Positions 60,880 to 64,000 of a stretch of 64,000 bases of DNA are shown here, piece by piece. Position 1 is the stretch's first letter. Every line of letters begins with the position of its first letter. Origin of the DNA: Lepidodermella squamata (Eukaryota > Animalia > Gastrotricha); assembly GCA_047495785.1 (NCBI GenBank), contig JBLDXI010000036.1, positions 930,001-994,000 on the forward strand, written 5' to 3'. Below the pieces are notes generated by a model. It was not told the origin of the DNA and did no database searches. It saw only the letters and a list, made by a program, of their open reading frames with translations. Made by a program: the position numbers and the translations under genes.

Positions 60880-62124
60880 ATGAACATCCCACTAACAAAT
60901 TACAGTCAATGGGAGCTTATGGCCTCAAGCGATTTCGGCCAAGTGAAGCTCACCCATTACACGCCATTTTTTACTATTTTCATATGGATCATGATACTTC
61001 TCTCAGCTCTTTTGATAATTCCCTATTTTTTCTACGCAATATGGCATCTGTGGACCAGAGACCACGACGGGGCCTACGACACAATAAGTTCCCACTGTGC
61101 CGACCCTAATCGGCCCTCTCATCGATTCCTACTCGCTACAACTTGCGTTGTCAGCCTCTGCCTAGCAGCTCTCTACGTCGAAGAGTACAACAGCAGAGAT
61201 CAGGGCGATTTGCTGGATCGCTTCATTTTTTGGTGTGACGTAATCACAGCCCTTATGCTACCCCTAATCGGAATTTTCCATTCAGACGGAGGCGGTAGAA
61301 TTCGGAGATACGACTGTTTCTGCCTTGATCTACCTATCTGGGTCAGTAATGGCCTGCACGCCCTTGGAACAATGGCTTTCGCTGTTAGCAACACAGTGAA
61401 TAATTTGATTTGGGTGCTTTTCGAACTGGACCAGAGCCATAACGATATCAAGCCAGCTCTACTCACCCTGAGTGTTGTAACCATTGTTTTCGCTGGGACC
61501 TTCGTCCTACTTCAAATTCTAATCAAAGGAATACTCAAAAAATCGACATGGTGTATGACGAATTGGTATACAAAACGAATTTTCTATAATGATGTACCGA
61601 AACGGGTCTACCCCTTTCGTAAGGAAGTCAGGTTTCAAGAGGCTTTTGAAAAAATTCCGATTTGGAAGAATCGAAGTGATGACCAGCATTTTATCGAGAT
61701 TAACTACGACCGGCAAACATTGGTCTATGGAATTATGCCGGAAATCGACTCTCGGCCTCATTTTATCATTCATTGCTGTAAGAAGAAACGGCCCTCCACG
61801 ACTCGGCCAACCTCAGTAGCGGATGATGCTGTAGAGATAAGCGTGGATTCTGTCAATAATGAAGTGGCTGAAGTTATCGAAGAGGAGGAAACGCTACTCG
61901 TGAAGCTAGACCCAGCTTCGCGGGGTAAGGTCGAGCATAACTTGAGGATTTCTGACAAGAAATTGGTTGTTGATCGAGGTTGGCGGCTGGCGAGTTTCAC
62001 GTGTGAAGCGATAACTGTTGTGCTGATCATTGCTTCGGCTGTTGTTGAGACAGTATGTCGAAACCCGAATGTTAAAGTAACATGGCAGTGCTTACTTTTC
62101 GCTGATTGCACTGATTCAAATTGA
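60880..62124 (+). CDS. Intronless multi-pass membrane protein, possibly Frag1/DRAM/Sfk1-like
   Basis: 414 aa with ~6 hydrophobic helices; YDTISS..A.P..P and LHALG..AF motifs resemble the DRAM/TMEM150 clan; long loop before the last helix; AATAAA at the stop. Confidence 0.65.
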   Translation: MNIPLTNYSQWELMASSDFGQVKLTHYTPFFTIFIWIMILLSALLIIPYFFYAIWHLWTRDHDGAYDTISSHCADPNRPSHRFLLATTCVVSLCLAALYVEEYNSRDQGDLLDRFIFWCDVITALMLPLIGIFHSDGGGRIRRYDCFCLDLPIWVSNGLHALGTMAFAVSNTVNNLIWVLFELDQSHNDIKPALLTLSVVTIVFAGTFVLLQILIKGILKKSTWCMTNWYTKRIFYNDVPKRVYPFRKEVRFQEAFEKIPIWKNRSDDQHFIEINYDRQTLVYGIMPEIDSRPHFIIHCCKKKRPSTTRPTSVADDAVEISVDSVNNEVAEVIEEEETLLVKLDPASRGKVEHNLRISDKKLVVDRGWRLASFTCEAITVVLIIASAVVETVCRNPNVKVTWQCLLFADCTDSN

Positions 62125-62813
62125 ATAAAACAGATTTTTTCAATTTCTTCGGTTTTAGGATAAGCCTCATTTTGATTTTATTTATCCTCAGAATTCCACA
62201 GAAATATTAGAATTTTCGTGGCGAATTCGTGGCTAAGTGGTTCGATTCCACTCAGGCACACTACTATTTTTTTGTTTGTGCTGCGCAGAATAATTTGCGT
62301 AAACAAGTGGGGCATCTAGCATTGTTTCACTTTATTCCAGGACCCGGTCACAAATTTTTTTGCTCTTCCAGTTATCGCTTCTCGGCCTTTTTGGCTATGA
62401 TCAAAGTGTAGTATCTGTTCTTTGTAGTTTAATATCTACAACGGCCTCCATGTGGGGCCTACGATATTAGCCCGATTTTTGGCTAGCCGGGCGGGAGCAG
62501 CCAGCTTGCTGGACCCCGTCCACGAGTCGGCCCGGTATTGCAGTACCTCCGGGATTCGGCTCACCCCCTGAAACATGGGGGAATGAAACTAAAAACAAAG
62601 CATCTCAAAATAGCATTTACGAGCTTGAGAACTTGGTTCAGTTGCCGCTTTCGGAATTCAAAAAAGCCTTGAAGCTTCAAGCTTGAGAATTATCGATGAG
62701 CTTTTCTTAGAAACTATTTCAAAATTAAGAAGCTGGAGGATTCACATTTTTCAAATTCCTCAGGGCAAGACTGTTTGTATGTACAGGTTTTTCTGTGGAT
62801 TCGATTCGTAATA

Positions 62814-63160
62814 TTCAATCATTGTGGAACCATTGTTAAGTTGAACCTTGGCGCGCACGCTGATTGGTCAATTTATCGTTGCTAATGACTCCGGAATGAA
62901 ACATTTTCGTCGTGCGATCCACTAATAAATTATTTTATATTTATGAAAAAATGACCTTGCCACACCCTCTGCCCGGTTTCCATTAACCACGAGCGTAAAC
63001 TCCATATTAATTGTGGTAAATTGCTGCGGCAAAAACACTTGTTGCAAAAAATCTTATGGATCGCACGACAGAACGTTTCATCCGGGAGTCATAGCAACGA
63101 TCGATTGACCAATCAGCGTGTGCATTAGATTGGACTTTTAAGTGGTCAAACAATGAATGA
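62814..63160. repeat. Long imperfect inverted repeat (foldback/MITE-like)
   Basis: ~100 bp arms: cacgctgattggtcaat..tcgttgcta.tgactcc..gtcgtgcgatcca versus tggatcgcacgac..ggagtcatagcaacga..attgaccaatcagcgtg. Confidence 0.7.
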
Positions 63161-64000
63161 CTTGTTAGGTTCAATCACCATCCCACAATTGACTTATTCC
63201 CCCTTGTGAAATATACTAGACGCCGCCATGCGCTATTACCGTTTCGAGGGTGCTTATTGACGTAGTGGCTAGACGCTAGACATGACGCTGTTCTTGCAAG
63301 AAAAACATCGCCTCAGTCTGGTGTGGCAACAGCTGATATAATTCGCGAACCTCTTTCCAAGCCTCGTAGCGCTACTACATAGCTCATTTCATCACGATTA
63401 ATTGCAATATTCATGTTAAGAATCTCTCTATTGTCATGGTGAATTACGTTGTTTCTCTGATCGCATTGTTATCCTGTTTCGCTGTTGTTGCATGTTGTTT
63501 TAAATGCGACGGTCAATTACATTCGCTCTACACCCCCGATGAGTCGTCACCGCCAGGTAAATGGTACCGCAATGACTATCAATCCGTTTTAGCTCAAATT
63601 TAAAGCCATAGATCCTCAAACCAGCCTGGAAAGAAACTTACCGAACTCATACCATATATCTCGATTTTAATGATAAAATGTCGAGGTAGCATGGATCTCG
63701 GTCCTTCCAGGTTGTTCCTCGTGCATCACGTTGAAACTTTATTACGAGTCACGTGACTTTTTCCGGTATTCCTTTTCTTCAACAGAATTAAGTTTAACTG
63801 TGTTATACACTATAATGTTGGATTATAATCAAACCTTTATAACCTAACGTGATAGACGCTAATCTACTTATATCCTCCAATTATTCAAATAAATGTGATT
63901 TCTGGTGGCGGGAAAAAGCATTTGACCCGTTTTCAATTCAACAGGCAATCAAAAGCCATCCAGAAATGGCTTGCGAAGAACCGAGAACAATATCGTCTGC

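Noticed and set aside
62200-64000. RNA genes or further CDS at the right end
   Set aside because: No tRNA, rRNA or snRNA signature or convincing exon chain recognised.

Overview
AT-rich, intron-dense eukaryotic DNA from an invertebrate animal (many ~45-70 bp GT-AG introns); the taxon cannot be fixed from sequence alone. The first ~48.5 kb is a head-to-tail minus-strand array of 8 paralogous ~14-exon genes plus 3-4 decayed relics. Each encodes a predicted secreted protein of roughly 750 aa: signal peptide, six ~40-55 aa Cys-rich modules arranged (A-B-C)x2, then two LamG/pentraxin-like (concanavalin A-like jelly-roll) domains. The Cys-rich half is highly conserved. The second jelly-roll domain has discrete hypervariable blocks. 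The array also shows a sharp gene-conversion-like tract, an in-frame multi-exon duplication, a copy lacking exon 1, a frameshifted copy and many MITE/LINE insertions, which together suggest a diversifying secreted recognition (immune or lectin-like) family. The right 15 kb holds an intronless GABA-B-like class C GPCR, an atypical astacin-EGF-CUB-kringle gene and its relic duplicate, two intronless GT32 glycosyltransferases flanking a prolyl 4-hydroxylase alpha gene, a small signal-peptide ankyrin gene, a small secreted Cys-rich gene and a multi-pass membrane gene. Exon models were assembled by eye and have no RNA support.
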